Source: an uncultured Oscillospiraceae bacterium (lineage in GTDB: Bacteria; Bacillota; Clostridia; Oscillospirales; Ruminococcaceae). From it: a stretch of DNA of 64,000 bases. The stretch covers positions 25,695 through 89,694 of the forward strand of contig CAYJNQ010000004.1 in assembly GCA_964371725.1 (NCBI GenBank). Direction: 5' to 3'. The notes under the pieces were generated by a model. It was not told where the DNA came from. It saw nothing but the letters and a program-made list of their open reading frames with translations, and did not search any database. Shown here piece after piece: positions 9,877 to 19,791 of this stretch (position 1 is its first letter; each line of letters opens with the position of its first letter). Made by a program: the position numbers and the translations under genes.

Positions 9877-11375
9877 GCCTCACCCTCCAGTATCTTGTAA
9901 ATGGCGTTCATATCCAAACTGTTTCTCAGCAGATCGGCCAGCTTGTCGTACTGTGCTTCTTTGTATTGCGTGTGCTCGGGCGTTTCGCCAAGCGGTAGGT
10001 GGCCGTATCCTTTTTCATCCAAAAGCATGCGCAAAAGGGCGTTGCACAACTGTGTGCTATCGAACACACCGTGCACATAGGTGCCTAAAACATTGCCCCA
10101 CACGGCACCGTCTTCGCTTTGCACGCCCCCACATTCAATGGTTGAAAAAGACGGCAGGTCGCAGCGAGTTCTGCCCATGTGTATCTCATAGCCTTGTATC
10201 TCGCAGCCGGCAAGGCACGAAAACATCCCGTCGTGCTCATGCACAATTCCCCTTGCCTGTGTGCGCACTTTTTCCGCCTCGAACACCGTGGACATCGGCA
10301 AAAGCCCCATCCCTTGCATCTCGCCTCCCTCTTCCGTGTTCAGTGGGTCTGCCAAATTTTTCCCGAGCATTTGAAAACCACCGCAAATGCCAATAATCGG
10401 TTTTTTTTGCGCCGCATGTTTCTTTATCTGTGCCTCCAACCCGTTTTGGCGCAACCATTTTAAATCGCCCATGGTATTTTTCGTACCGGGCACGATAAGC
10501 AAATCCGGCTCGCCCCATTCTGCCACACGTTCCACATAGCGCACACTCGCGCTTGCACTTCGCCCAAGGGCCGCAAAATCGGTGAAATTGGAAATGCGCG
10601 GCAGGCGAATCACCGCAATGTCCAAAAGGCTTTTGGCCTGCTTTTGTTCTATCTGTTGCGAGAGGCTGTCTTCGTCGTCTATGTCCAAATGGGTATAGGG
10701 CACAACCCCCACCACGGGAATTTGGGTAAGCTCTTCCAGCATGGCAAGGCCTGGCTTTAAAATATTCACGTCCCCGCGGAATTTGTTGATGATAATCCCC
10801 CGAATGCGTGCACGCTCTTTCTCTTCCAGCAGCAGAATTGTGCCATAGAGCGAGGCGAACACACCGCCTCTGTCGATATCTCCCACCAGAAGAACCGGCG
10901 CATCGGCCATTTCGGCCATGCCCATGTTCACAATGTCCTCTTGTTTTAAGTTGATTTCCGCCGGGCTGCCCGCCCCTTCCAGCACCACAACCTCGTATTC
11001 ACTTGTTAGGGCTGCAAACGCCTTTTGAATGTGTGGCACCAGCTGCCTTTTATAGCCAAAATAATCGGCCGCACTTTGGTTGCCAATGGATTTCCCATTG
11101 ACAATCACCTGGCTTTTGCTGTCGCTTGTGGGTTTTAGCAAAATCGGGTTCATATGAATGTGCGGCTCGATGCCGGCCGCTTCGGCCTGCATCACCTGTG
11201 CTCTGCCCATTTCCATGCCCTCTTTTGTAATAAAACTGTTCAAAGCCATATTCTGGCTTTTAAACGGCGCCACATGAAAACCGTCCTGCTTAAAAATGCG
11301 GCACAGCCCACCCACAAGCAGACTTTTCCCCGCATTGGACATCGTTCCTTGCACCATGATGCGTTTTGCTTTCAT
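9873..11375 (-). CDS. cbiP: cobyric acid synthase
   Basis: N-terminal [12 protein letters not shown] and a C-terminal glutamine-amidotransferase motif ICGGFQMLG. Confidence 0.95.
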   Translation of the reverse strand: MKAKRIMVQGTMSNAGKSLLVGGLCRIFKQDGFHVAPFKSQNMALNSFITKEGMEMGRAQVMQAEAAGIEPHIHMNPILLKPTSDSKSQVIVNGKSIGNQSAADYFGYKRQLVPHIQKAFAALTSEYEVVVLEGAGSPAEINLKQEDIVNMGMAEMADAPVLLVGDIDRGGVFASLYGTILLLEEKERARIRGIIINKFRGDVNILKPGLAMLEELTQIPVVGVVPYTHLDIDDEDSLSQQIEQKQAKSLLDIAVIRLPRISNFTDFAALGRSASASVRYVERVAEWGEPDLLIVPGTKNTMGDLKWLRQNGLEAQIKKHAAQKKPIIGICGGFQMLGKNLADPLNTEEGGEMQGMGLLPMSTVFEAEKVRTQARGIVHEHDGMFSCLAGCEIQGYEIHMGRTRCDLPSFSTIECGGVQSEDGAVWGNVLGTYVHGVFDSTQLCNALLRMLLDEKGYGHLPLGETPEHTQYKEAQYDKLADLLRNSLDMNAIYKILEGEA

Positions 11376-12445
11376 TGTTTTGTTCCCCTGTTTATTGGCT
11401 CGATGTTTTGAAGTGCCTTTTCGAAAAATCGGATATCCGATTCATCTCGAACCGCGGCCCGATAGTAACCCTCTGAAAGCCCGCGGTAGTTTCGGCAATC
11501 ACGAACCAACACCCCTTGTTCTGCCATTTTTTCGAAAAAGTTCGGAATGGTCGTGTAAAAAAACACGTAGTTGGCACCGCTGCCAATGATGTGGATGTGC
11601 TCTTTACAAAGCACTTCTAAAAGACTGTTTTTCCACATCTTCAAGCATTTCCCAAGCTCGGTAACATATGTTTTTTCTTTTGCCAAAGCAATGCCCGCCC
11701 TTTGCGCCAAATAGGATACACTCCACATCTGCCCCGTATTTTGAATTTGAAAAAGCAAGCTCTCGTTTGCGCTCAGCGCGTAACCCAGCCGCACGCCCGC
11801 CATGGCATATTGTTTTGTGTATGCCTTTAATAGAAACAGATGTTCACTGTGCAAAAAAGGTTTCATTGTGCTTTGCGCGGCGTCTTCCAGCAGGGAATTG
11901 AAACATTCATCCACAACCAAAAGACAATTGCATTTTTCGCATTTTCGCAAAATCTTCTCAAGCAGTTCTCTCTGCACGATTCTGCCGGTTGGGTTGTTCG
12001 GGTTGCAAATGAAGACCATGTCGACGTCGATGCTTATCCGTTCAAGAATATCTTCGCACAAGTCAAATTGACTCTCTTTTTTCAAAAGATGAATGCTGAT
12101 TTCACACCCGATTGTAGACAAAGCCTCTTCATAGCCTGCAAAGGTAGGCGCTGTGAGCAAAGCCTTTTTCGGTTTTTGCGCCAGTGCCAAACGGTAGAGC
12201 ACATCCATGGCCCCATTCCCACACACCACCTGCTCTGCACGCACCCCTTCGCTGTGTGCAATGCTTTGGCGAAGCTCTCTACACAAGGGGTCCGGATAGC
12301 GGTTTGCATTGTCTAAAGCCTCTACAATGGCCTTTTTTGCACAGGCCGGAAGCCCCAGCGGAGAAAGATTCGCCGAAAAATCCACCGGGTCTTGTTTGTA
12401 TTTTTCTTTGTATCCCTCGATGTCTCCGCCGTGCACCAGTTTCAT
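11372..12445 (-). CDS. cobD: threonine-phosphate decarboxylase (class I/II aminotransferase fold)
   Basis: NPNNPTG motif and a PLP-Lys region [14 protein letters not shown]. The start is trimmed to MKLVHGGDI (ATG 12445), just downstream of the cbiB stop. Confidence 0.85.
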   Translation of the reverse strand: MKLVHGGDIEGYKEKYKQDPVDFSANLSPLGLPACAKKAIVEALDNANRYPDPLCRELRQSIAHSEGVRAEQVVCGNGAMDVLYRLALAQKPKKALLTAPTFAGYEEALSTIGCEISIHLLKKESQFDLCEDILERISIDVDMVFICNPNNPTGRIVQRELLEKILRKCEKCNCLLVVDECFNSLLEDAAQSTMKPFLHSEHLFLLKAYTKQYAMAGVRLGYALSANESLLFQIQNTGQMWSVSYLAQRAGIALAKEKTYVTELGKCLKMWKNSLLEVLCKEHIHIIGSGANYVFFYTTIPNFFEKMAEQGVLVRDCRNYRGLSEGYYRAAVRDESDIRFFEKALQNIEPINRGTKQ

Positions 12446-12465
12446 GACTCTCTCCCCATCCTTTT

Positions 12466-13416
12466 TCATAGGCATACCATCCAAAAAGCACCTAACAGCA
12501 AAACCAACGCCAAGCCCAATATGGCGGCTGTATACATCAGCCATGTGGCCTTTTCAACATCGGTTCCCGTGATGTCGCGCAGTTTGTCTCCAATGGTGGG
12601 TTTTTCGTAGTATTGCCCAAAATAGTGTGCATCACCGGCCAGTTGCACCCCAAGAGCACCGGCGCACACGGCCTCGGTTTGTGCTGAATTGGGGCTGGCA
12701 TGCTTGCGCCTGTCTCGCCTCCAAATCTTGAAGGCATTTTTCGTGTTTTGCGAAAGCAAGAAAGAGGCGGCCAGCATGAGAAACGCCGATATTCTGGCCG
12801 GAATAAAATTGGCCACGTCGTCTGTTTTGGCAGCCACTTTCCCAAATTCTATATAGGTTTTGTTTCGATAGCCCACCATGCTGTCCATCGTGTTGATTGC
12901 CTTGTATAAAAAGCCCAGCGGTGCACCGCCCAAAGCCAAATAAAACAAGGGGGCAATGACGGCATCGGTCGTGTTTTCTGCCACCGTTTCCACGGTGGCC
13001 TTCAAAACCCCTTCGCAGCTCAAAGCACGTGTGTCTCTGCCCACAATGCGCGCAACGGCCTCTCTTCCCTTTTCCAAACCGTTCTCCATCTCATTTTTCA
13101 CAAACATCGCCGCCTGTGCCAGGCTTTTGGTGGCCAAAATTTGGAAGCACATCCAAGTGTGCACAACCAGACACAGCCATGGTGACACCCAATAGCACAG
13201 AAACAAAATGATAAGCGGAACCAAAAAAGCAACCAAACACACCACGCACACCATCACACCGCCTGCACGTGTTTTGTTTTGTTTGACAATCAGCCGTTTT
13301 TCCAAGGCCGTAATGAGCTTTCCCATGAGCACCACCGGATGTGGCAACCACGAAGGGTCGCCCAAAATCAAATCCAAAACAAAGCCCAGTGCCACGCTTG
13401 CCAAGACTATGTACAA
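12466..13416 (-). CDS. cbiB: adenosylcobinamide-phosphate synthase
   Basis: GDPSWLPHPVVLMGKLI is a CbiB/CobD-family N-terminus; the protein is membrane-embedded. Confidence 0.9.
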   Translation of the reverse strand: MYIVLASVALGFVLDLILGDPSWLPHPVVLMGKLITALEKRLIVKQNKTRAGGVMVCVVCLVAFLVPLIILFLCYWVSPWLCLVVHTWMCFQILATKSLAQAAMFVKNEMENGLEKGREAVARIVGRDTRALSCEGVLKATVETVAENTTDAVIAPLFYLALGGAPLGFLYKAINTMDSMVGYRNKTYIEFGKVAAKTDDVANFIPARISAFLMLAASFLLSQNTKNAFKIWRRDRRKHASPNSAQTEAVCAGALGVQLAGDAHYFGQYYEKPTIGDKLRDITGTDVEKATWLMYTAAILGLALVLLLGAFWMVCL

Positions 13417-13958
13417 AAGCGAACCTCCCTTATGTTTTGAGCGCCCTTCTCGCTAAAATCGAAACAGTAGCCGGCGCCATTGTCACAATGCCAATGATAC
13501 AGGTCATATTGCGGGCAAAGGCGGTGCATCAAAGCCATGATAACCCCACCATGCACCACAAAGATAAGTTCGTCTTCTCGGGTGCCGTGCACCTGTTCCC
13601 CAAAAGCTTGCCACACCCTTTTTGAAAAGGTTTCTCTGCTCTCTCCTTCTGGACAAGTGCCAAGGCATCCACCCTCCACCCAGTTTCTGTAGGGTGCGAA
13701 GTGCTCCATATCCAAATAGCTTTTTCCCTCAAAAATACCAAAATCCATTTCGGAAAGGCCGGGCACCACCCTTTGGGTTCTGTTTGGAAATAAGGCCGCC
13801 GCCGTTTGGCCTGTTCGTTTTAGCGGGGTTACATACACCGTGCCCACCTCTTCGCTTACGGCACTTGGCGGTGCTACAATGTCTTCATCTGTGCGCCCAA
13901 TATATTGTTTTTTTCGGTTTCCCGGTGTTTGCGCATGGCGTATCAAAGTGATGTTCAT
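13407..13958 (-). CDS. cobC: histidine-phosphatase family protein, alpha-ribazole phosphatase candidate
   Basis: MNITLIRHAQTPGN carries the RH(G/A) phosphohistidine motif. ATG 13958 forms an ATGA overlap with the upstream stop, and the gene sits between the cobU-like gene and cbiB. Confidence 0.75.
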   Translation of the reverse strand: MNITLIRHAQTPGNRKKQYIGRTDEDIVAPPSAVSEEVGTVYVTPLKRTGQTAAALFPNRTQRVVPGLSEMDFGIFEGKSYLDMEHFAPYRNWVEGGCLGTCPEGESRETFSKRVWQAFGEQVHGTREDELIFVVHGGVIMALMHRLCPQYDLYHWHCDNGAGYCFDFSEKGAQNIREVRFCT

Positions 13959-14278
13959 TTCAGTATAACCGGGATGCCCGCCACAAGCCGCACCACCTGC
14001 TGTGCCTGTTTTGCCAGCTCTGCACAAAGGCGAGATACCTCTTCCCTTCTATGCCGCTGCTCTTCGTGCAAGGGCACAATACCGCAGCCCACTTCGTCAC
14101 ACACCACCACTTCCTTTTCCAGAAGAACCCTCAGCTCTATTGGAAACGACATTTGCTCCAAATGGTAGAGCACCGGTTTTTCGTTGAGCTCGGCAACGGC
14201 GATGTCGCCCTCTTCATAGCCGAGGCTTTTTACATAGGTAAATTTTCCGCTGCAACGCCCACCAATCACCAATTTCAT
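13955..14278 (-). CDS. truncated CobU-like protein (107 aa; degenerate P-loop, canonical CobU C-terminus)
   Basis: MKLVIGGRCSGKFTYV...VVVCDEVGCGIVP...RLVAGIPVILK. ATG 14278 forms an ATGA overlap with the cobS stop. The upstream 97 codons of the ORF-track entry overlap cobS. Confidence 0.55.
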   Translation of the reverse strand: MKLVIGGRCSGKFTYVKSLGYEEGDIAVAELNEKPVLYHLEQMSFPIELRVLLEKEVVVCDEVGCGIVPLHEEQRHRREEVSRLCAELAKQAQQVVRLVAGIPVILK

Positions 14279-15048
14279 CCCAGTGCCTCCATTCTTTGCG
14301 AAAGCAGCAATCCCGCCAAAAAGGCCAGCTCGCACAGCTGTAAAAAATATCCTGCCAAATCCCCGGTGATACCACCGAACTGCCGCTTGCTCATCCCATA
14401 ATAATAAAACCAAACCACCACGGCCGCGCCCACCGAAACCATCGAAAGCGGATAGAGCGCTATCATGCCGGCGGCACTGCCCAGTGCACACAAAACCAGC
14501 ACCACGCGCACCGTTTTCTTTGCCGCGCTGTCTGCAAAAGTATACACAAGGCCGCTGTCTTTTGCACAAGGGAAGTAGGCGATGGCAAGGCCGCTGAGAC
14601 AGCGGCCGAGGAAATGCCCGCCCGCCAACAATAGGAAAAGCTGGTTTTCAAAAACCAAATTGGATGCTATGGCAAGGTAGCAAACCAGATAGACCCCAAA
14701 CCCGATAACGGCAAACGCGCCCACATGGCTATCCTTCAATATTTCCAGCTTGCGTTCTTTGCTTTGATGGCTTGCCAGGGCATCGAAAGTATCCAAAAGG
14801 CCATCGATGTGTATACCACCCGTTACCACAATGGGCAAGACCGCCACCCCCGCACCCAGCAAAAAGGCCGAAAACCCAAGCCACTCGGACAGCAGAAACC
14901 AACCCCACTGTGCCAAAGCCACAAAAAACCCGATGATTGGAAAAAAACACAATACATAGCGCATGCTCTGTTGGTTCCAAGGCACTGCCGGCATGGGAAT
15001 TTTGCTATACATAGAAAAACTGATGCAAACACTATGGAGCAGGCGCAT
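14275..15048 (-). CDS. cobS: adenosylcobinamide-GDP ribazoletransferase (cobalamin synthase)
   Basis: Polytopic membrane protein with DGLLDTFDAL and GGITGDLAGY motifs. Confidence 0.9.
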   Translation of the reverse strand: MRLLHSVCISFSMYSKIPMPAVPWNQQSMRYVLCFFPIIGFFVALAQWGWFLLSEWLGFSAFLLGAGVAVLPIVVTGGIHIDGLLDTFDALASHQSKERKLEILKDSHVGAFAVIGFGVYLVCYLAIASNLVFENQLFLLLAGGHFLGRCLSGLAIAYFPCAKDSGLVYTFADSAAKKTVRVVLVLCALGSAAGMIALYPLSMVSVGAAVVVWFYYYGMSKRQFGGITGDLAGYFLQLCELAFLAGLLLSQRMEALG

Positions 15049-15541
15049 TGTATTTCACCCCCACCGAACAAACCACCTCTGTCACACCGCCATAGCTTTG
15101 TGCCAATGCCTTGTTTACCCTGCCAAGGCAACGAATGTAGGCCATGGTTTCTTCATCATAACTTTCCCCGTCGCAAAACACGTCGTTTGTTACCACAAGA
15201 AGACTTTCGCATCGGCTTTGCAGTTTTTCAAGGCCGCAAAGAATGCGCTTTTCTGCATCACCCTTCACCAGAAACAGTTCATTTGCCACCAAATTCCCCA
15301 TACATTCCAAAAGCACATGGGCGTTTTGGGGAAGTGGTACACTGCCGATGTCGGTATATTGTTCCACGGTTTGAAAGCCTTTGCCCGCGCGCAATTTTCG
15401 ATGTCGCGCCACCCTTTGCGCTCCCTCTTCTCCGAAAGGCTGCATGGTGGCAAGATAAATTAAATTGGGCTTGCCTTTTAGAAGGTTTTCCGCATACTCA
15501 CTTTTGCCACTGCCGCTGGCGCCTATAATCAGTTCTCTCAC
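15032..15541 (-). CDS. cobU: adenosylcobinamide kinase / adenosylcobinamide-phosphate guanylyltransferase
   Basis: P-loop IIGASGSGKSEYAE and a His-containing RVARHRKLR region. Confidence 0.85.
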   Translation of the reverse strand: MRELIIGASGSGKSEYAENLLKGKPNLIYLATMQPFGEEGAQRVARHRKLRAGKGFQTVEQYTDIGSVPLPQNAHVLLECMGNLVANELFLVKGDAEKRILCGLEKLQSRCESLLVVTNDVFCDGESYDEETMAYIRCLGRVNKALAQSYGGVTEVVCSVGVKYNAPAP

Positions 15542-16578
15542 GCGTCTTCATACCTTTCATAACGGTCGATGTCTACTTCACCGAAGGTGCTCATGCTTTG
15601 ATACACCTGTGCTGCCATGTCTAAAATGGGCATCACTGCCACGGCACCGGTTCCTTCACCCAGGCGCATATGGGCCCTTAGCATGGGCACAAGCCCAAGG
15701 TGCAACAAGGCCATCTCCCCTGCCGGCTCTGCCGAGCAATGGCTTGCCAGCATGGCACAAACACTGCCCGGCGCGATGTTGTTTGCCACAAGGGCCGCTA
15801 CCGAGGAAATAAACCCATCGATGAGAATGGGCACTCTGTGCAACGCCCCACCAACAAACATTCCGGCCATGGCCGCAATGTCGAACCCGCCAAGAGCCGC
15901 CAACACTTCCAGACCATTTTGTGGGTTGGGCTTGTTTGTTTCTATCGCACGGCCAATCACCTGTTTTTTTATCTCAAAGGCATCTTGGCTTAGCCCGGCA
16001 CCCTTTCCCGTCACCTCTTTTACACCTTTGCCCAGTAAAACCGCTGCAACGGCGCTGGCTGTTGTGGTGTTGCCGATGCCCATTTCGCCCGTTGCCAACA
16101 AATTGTAGCCCTTTGCTTTGAGCTCTGCCACCATATCGATGCCCACATCCAAGGCAAACCGTGCCTCTTGCACAGTCATGGCAGGCCCCAGAGAAATATC
16201 CTTTGTGCCGCGGGCGATCTTTTTGCTTTGCACGCTGTCCACTTCGGTGAGCATCCCCACATCTATCGGAATCACCTCGGCACCTGCAATGGCAGACATT
16301 TTACAAAGGCAGGTTTTTTGGCAGCTCATGTTTTGTGCCACCACTGCTGTCACTTCACTGCCCACCTGCGAAATGCCTTGCGCCACCACACCATTGTCTG
16401 CACACATCACCACCGTTGCCTTTTTGTCAATGGCTATGTCGGCGCTCGCCGTAAGGCCCGCTATCTTTATGATGCTCTCTTCCAAAAGCCCGAGGGAACC
16501 CAGGGGTTTAGCAATGCTGTCCCAGCGGCGCTGCGCCTCTTGCATGGCGCTTTGTTTTGGGGGTTCTATGCTCCACAT
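15538..16578 (-). CDS. cobT: nicotinate-nucleotide--dimethylbenzimidazole phosphoribosyltransferase
   Basis: GEMGIGNTTTASAV hallmark. An AAGGAGA SD lies 8 nt before ATG 16578 (MWSIEPPKQ...); the ORF-track start at 16704 overlaps cbiA. Confidence 0.9.
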   Translation of the reverse strand: MWSIEPPKQSAMQEAQRRWDSIAKPLGSLGLLEESIIKIAGLTASADIAIDKKATVVMCADNGVVAQGISQVGSEVTAVVAQNMSCQKTCLCKMSAIAGAEVIPIDVGMLTEVDSVQSKKIARGTKDISLGPAMTVQEARFALDVGIDMVAELKAKGYNLLATGEMGIGNTTTASAVAAVLLGKGVKEVTGKGAGLSQDAFEIKKQVIGRAIETNKPNPQNGLEVLAALGGFDIAAMAGMFVGGALHRVPILIDGFISSVAALVANNIAPGSVCAMLASHCSAEPAGEMALLHLGLVPMLRAHMRLGEGTGAVAVMPILDMAAQVYQSMSTFGEVDIDRYERYEDA

Positions 16579-17879
16579 GTTAAAAATCTCCTTATCATTT
16601 GCGGGCAACTTCTGAAATACAAATGGGGAAACCCGGCCAAAATCGCCCCTTCGCTGCGCATACACGCCCATGTTCGACCCGATATCGGCTTGGTTGCGGT
16701 GCAAGCCATGCCGTTTTGATCGCTGTCCCAGTGGTGGAACTCGTGCGCTTTCACCTGCTCCCCCTTTTTCAGGAACGGCGTGTCCTCGTTTGGCGAAACC
16801 GCCACATAACCAAAGCGTGTCAACCGGCCCTTGTTGTGGCTGCTGCCTTTGAGGGCGCCCACCATTTTTTCACCGGCAATGTCCTGCATCAAATACATAA
16901 AACCACCGCATTCCGCCAGCATCGGAACGCCGTTTTGTGCTGCCACTTGAAGGGCTTTTAACATCTCATTATTTTCCGATAGTTCTTTTGCATACAATTC
17001 CGGATATCCGCCCCCCATATAAAGGCAGTTTGTGTGCTTCGGAAGCGCCTTGTCTTTTAAAGGGCTGAAAAATACGATGTCGCACCCCATTTCGCGCAGC
17101 ACATCCAAATTGTCTTGGTAGTAAAAGCAAAACGCCTTGTCCATGGCCACAGCCACCACACGCTTTTCGGCCAGTGGCTGCTCCGGGTGATGTGTGCCGA
17201 AAAGCGGCGGCGCTTTTGCAGCCAGTTCCAAAATCGCGTCAATGTCCACCGTTTCTTCCAGTGTTTTGGCCAAAAGCGAAAGTTTCTCCTCCATGTTTTG
17301 CACTTCGCCCGCTGTCACAAGCCCAAGGTGCCGGCTTTCCAAAGCGATTTCATCCATTTTGGGCACAAACCCCAGCACCGGCACACCCAGCGCTTCAATG
17401 GCCGGTTTCAACAGGTCGTGTAGGGGCTTTGAACACGGGTTCAAAATAACGCCACAAATCATGCTGTCGCGCCGAAACTCGAGGAAGCCCTTGATAAGCG
17501 CCGCCACCGAAAGAGACTGTCCCTTTGGGCTTACCACGAGCAAAACAGGCGTTTTGGTGAGTGTGGCCAAGTGATGGCTACTGGCACAATCTGTGCTACC
17601 GATGCCGTCGTAGTAACCCATCACCCCTTCCAGCACCGAAAGTTCTCTGCTGTTTTTCAAAAATAAGCCAAGGGCTTGCTCGGGTGTTTGCAAGAATAAA
17701 TCCAAATTGGCAGATGGAACACAAAGCACCTCTTTGTGAAACATCGGGTCGATGTAATCCGGCCCGCATTTAAACGACCCCACTTCGATTTTTCGGTTTT
17801 GGAACACCCTGAGCAAACCGCAGGTGAGCGTGGTTTTTCCCGAGCCACTCGAGGGCGCCGCTATCATCACACGCTTCAC
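16566..17879 (-). CDS. cbiA: cobyrinate a,c-diamide synthase
   Basis: APSSGSGKTTLTCGLL plus a GATase motif ECGGFMYL. The start is either GTG 17879 (GTGA overlap with the cbiET stop) or ATG 17867. Confidence 0.9.
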   Translation of the reverse strand: MKRVMIAAPSSGSGKTTLTCGLLRVFQNRKIEVGSFKCGPDYIDPMFHKEVLCVPSANLDLFLQTPEQALGLFLKNSRELSVLEGVMGYYDGIGSTDCASSHHLATLTKTPVLLVVSPKGQSLSVAALIKGFLEFRRDSMICGVILNPCSKPLHDLLKPAIEALGVPVLGFVPKMDEIALESRHLGLVTAGEVQNMEEKLSLLAKTLEETVDIDAILELAAKAPPLFGTHHPEQPLAEKRVVAVAMDKAFCFYYQDNLDVLREMGCDIVFFSPLKDKALPKHTNCLYMGGGYPELYAKELSENNEMLKALQVAAQNGVPMLAECGGFMYLMQDIAGEKMVGALKGSSHNKGRLTRFGYVAVSPNEDTPFLKKGEQVKAHEFHHWDSDQNGMACTATKPISGRTWACMRSEGAILAGFPHLYFRSCPQMIRRFLTCGA

Positions 17880-19063
17880 ACTTGCACCTCCCCAAGGCTG
17901 CCGTGAATAAGCCAAATGGGGTTTTCGGCTTCCATCATGTTGTAACGCCCCAGTTTTCTGCTTCGGTTTGCCGAAATTTGGCTTACAGACGGCGAGCCAT
18001 AGCCGGAAAGCGCCGCCACCGCCTGCCCCAAAGTTTCAAGGGTAACCGCCGTTATCAAAACGCGTGTGTTTCGGTTTTTCTTCTCTAAAGTTTGTAGAAT
18101 TTCAACCAAATTGCCCCGGCTGCCCCCGATGAACACGGCATCGGGGGCAGGCAATCCCGCCAAAACCTCTGGCGCGGTTCCCGCAACAATCTCCATGTTG
18201 TAAGCACCGAATTTTTTTCTGTTTTTTTCCATCAATGCCAGCGCCTGCTCTTTGCATTCTACGGCGTACACACGCGCGCACAGCCCTGCCATCTCTACCG
18301 ACACAGCTCCCGTTCCACCTCCGATGTCGTAGGCGATGTCGGTGCTTTTAAGCCGCAGCTTGCAAAGCGCCACGCTGCGCACCTCCTGCTTTGTCATCGG
18401 CACCTTCCCGCGCAAAAAACAGCCATCTTCTCTGCCGTGCAGCGTCGTTTCCTCCTGCACAAAAGGGTTGTCCACCACCATGGCGCAAAGGGCCTCAAAC
18501 TCTCTCTCGCACAGTTCTTGCGCTGTTGCCGTTGTTATTTTCTCGTTTGGGTAGGATAGGCATTCGCCCACACTCACCTTTGCGCCGCCAAGCCCTGCAC
18601 GTGTGAGCTCGCTGCATATTTTTGCCGGCGTGGACGTTTTGTCGGTTAGAAAAAAACATTCCCTGTTTTGCATCACCGGCAAAAGCACATCCGCATTCCT
18701 TCCGTGCACACTTACAAGTTTCATGTCCTGCCAAGGTCTTTGCAGTTTTGCGCACAGATATTGCACCGAGCTGACACCACAAATGCAAGCCACTTCACAG
18801 CCGGAAAGCAGGGGCAACAACTGTTTTGCACCGCTGTAAAAACCGATATCGCCGCTGTATAAAACGGCCACACTTTCATGCCGGGTACTGCCTATTATTT
18901 TTGCGATGTCCGCCGCTTGTATCGCCTCTATTTTTTCCGCTTCTGACGACACCGCCTCCAGCATTCGCCGCGCACCAATTAGGCACGATGCTTTTTGAAT
19001 AGCCTCTCTCGCTTCTTCTGTAAGGGTATTTCCCATTCCAATGCCCACAAGATACACTTTCAT
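17876..19063 (-). CDS. cbiET: cobalt-precorrin-6B/7 methyltransferase, fused CbiE + CbiT
   Basis: MKVYLVGIGMGN (tetrapyrrole-methylase half) plus DIGGGTGAVSVE (SAM-MTase half). ATG 19063 forms an ATGA overlap with the cbiJ stop. The first 160 codons of ORF 17876..19543 overlap cbiJ and are Arg/Cys/His-rich noise. Confidence 0.9.
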   Translation of the reverse strand: MKVYLVGIGMGNTLTEEAREAIQKASCLIGARRMLEAVSSEAEKIEAIQAADIAKIIGSTRHESVAVLYSGDIGFYSGAKQLLPLLSGCEVACICGVSSVQYLCAKLQRPWQDMKLVSVHGRNADVLLPVMQNRECFFLTDKTSTPAKICSELTRAGLGGAKVSVGECLSYPNEKITTATAQELCEREFEALCAMVVDNPFVQEETTLHGREDGCFLRGKVPMTKQEVRSVALCKLRLKSTDIAYDIGGGTGAVSVEMAGLCARVYAVECKEQALALMEKNRKKFGAYNMEIVAGTAPEVLAGLPAPDAVFIGGSRGNLVEILQTLEKKNRNTRVLITAVTLETLGQAVAALSGYGSPSVSQISANRSRKLGRYNMMEAENPIWLIHGSLGEVQV

Positions 19064-19791
19064 GCCATTTCCTCCAAAATGCGAATCACATCCTGCATGT
19101 CGAGCCCTTCCTCTTTGGGGCGCGTAATCAAAACAGTGGCCACTTGTGCCTCTTGTGCCGCAAGGTGTTTTTGTGTAAAGCCGCCTTCCTTGCCACCATC
19201 TTTTGTGACAAGAATATCGATGTTGAATTGGCAAAACAAAGCCTTGTTGAGCTCTTTTGAGAAGGGGCCTTGCATGGCGATGATGTGGGCCGTGCGATAA
19301 CCAAGACTTTGTGCGCGGGATATGGAGTCTAACGTTGGCAAAATGCGCACATACAACCGGTCTTGAAATTGTGGCACGGCCGTGTATACATCCAGCTCTT
19401 TGCTGCCGGTTGCAAGCAATACATTTCCGGGCATTCGGCACAATTGCTCGGCACAGGCTTGCGCTGTGGGCACACAGATACAGCCCTCCGGCGCGCTTTT
19501 CTCTCGCAAAAGGCGAATGCCGCGCACACGCGCACGGCCGCACGCTTTTTCAATATTTTCCGAAACCTGTTTTGCATATGGATGGGTGGCATCCACCACC
19601 AGTTCAAAATGGTTTTTCTCTATCCATTTTTGCATTTCATCGGCGCTCATCCTGCCATGGGCTGCCTTTTCGCCCGCAAGGACACTTCCGTATTCTGTGG
19701 CCACATGCAGGGTGATGTCATACCTTGTTTGAAAGTGCTGTGCCAGCTGCCTGCCTTCCGTGGTTCCGGCAAAAATGAGCAATTTTTTCAT
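19060..19791 (-). CDS. cbiJ: cobalt-precorrin-6A reductase
   Basis: MKKLLIFAGTTEGRQLA is the CbiJ/CobK N-terminus. Confidence 0.85.
   Translation of the reverse strand: MKKLLIFAGTTEGRQLAQHFQTRYDITLHVATEYGSVLAGEKAAHGRMSADEMQKWIEKNHFELVVDATHPYAKQVSENIEKACGRARVRGIRLLREKSAPEGCICVPTAQACAEQLCRMPGNVLLATGSKELDVYTAVPQFQDRLYVRILPTLDSISRAQSLGYRTAHIIAMQGPFSKELNKALFCQFNIDILVTKDGGKEGGFTQKHLAAQEAQVATVLITRPKEEGLDMQDVIRILEEMA

Noticed and set aside
9503-10396. Long ORFs antisense to the real genes. Examples: 9503..10396 (297 aa), 43883..44968 (361 aa), 43063..43893, 8484..9257, 36328..37095 and 5449..6003.
   Set aside because: Each lies fully opposite a gene with unmistakable family motifs (cbiP, the dehydrogenase alpha subunit, cbiC and others). 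Their translations are Arg/Pro/Cys/His/Ser-rich with no motif or hydrophobic periodicity. These are typical shadow ORFs in moderately GC-rich coding DNA.
19064-19543. N-terminal extensions of ORF-track entries. Examples: the first 160 codons of 17876..19543, and the extended starts of 8239..8901, 13955..14569, 13407..14027, 15538..16704, 20529..21689, 22935..24140, 36867..38285, 48577..50304 and 50246..52534.
   Set aside because: The extensions overlap the 3' end of the upstream gene and have non-protein-like composition. In each case an internal ATG with an SD and/or an ATGA stop-start overlap reproduces the canonical N-terminus of the family.
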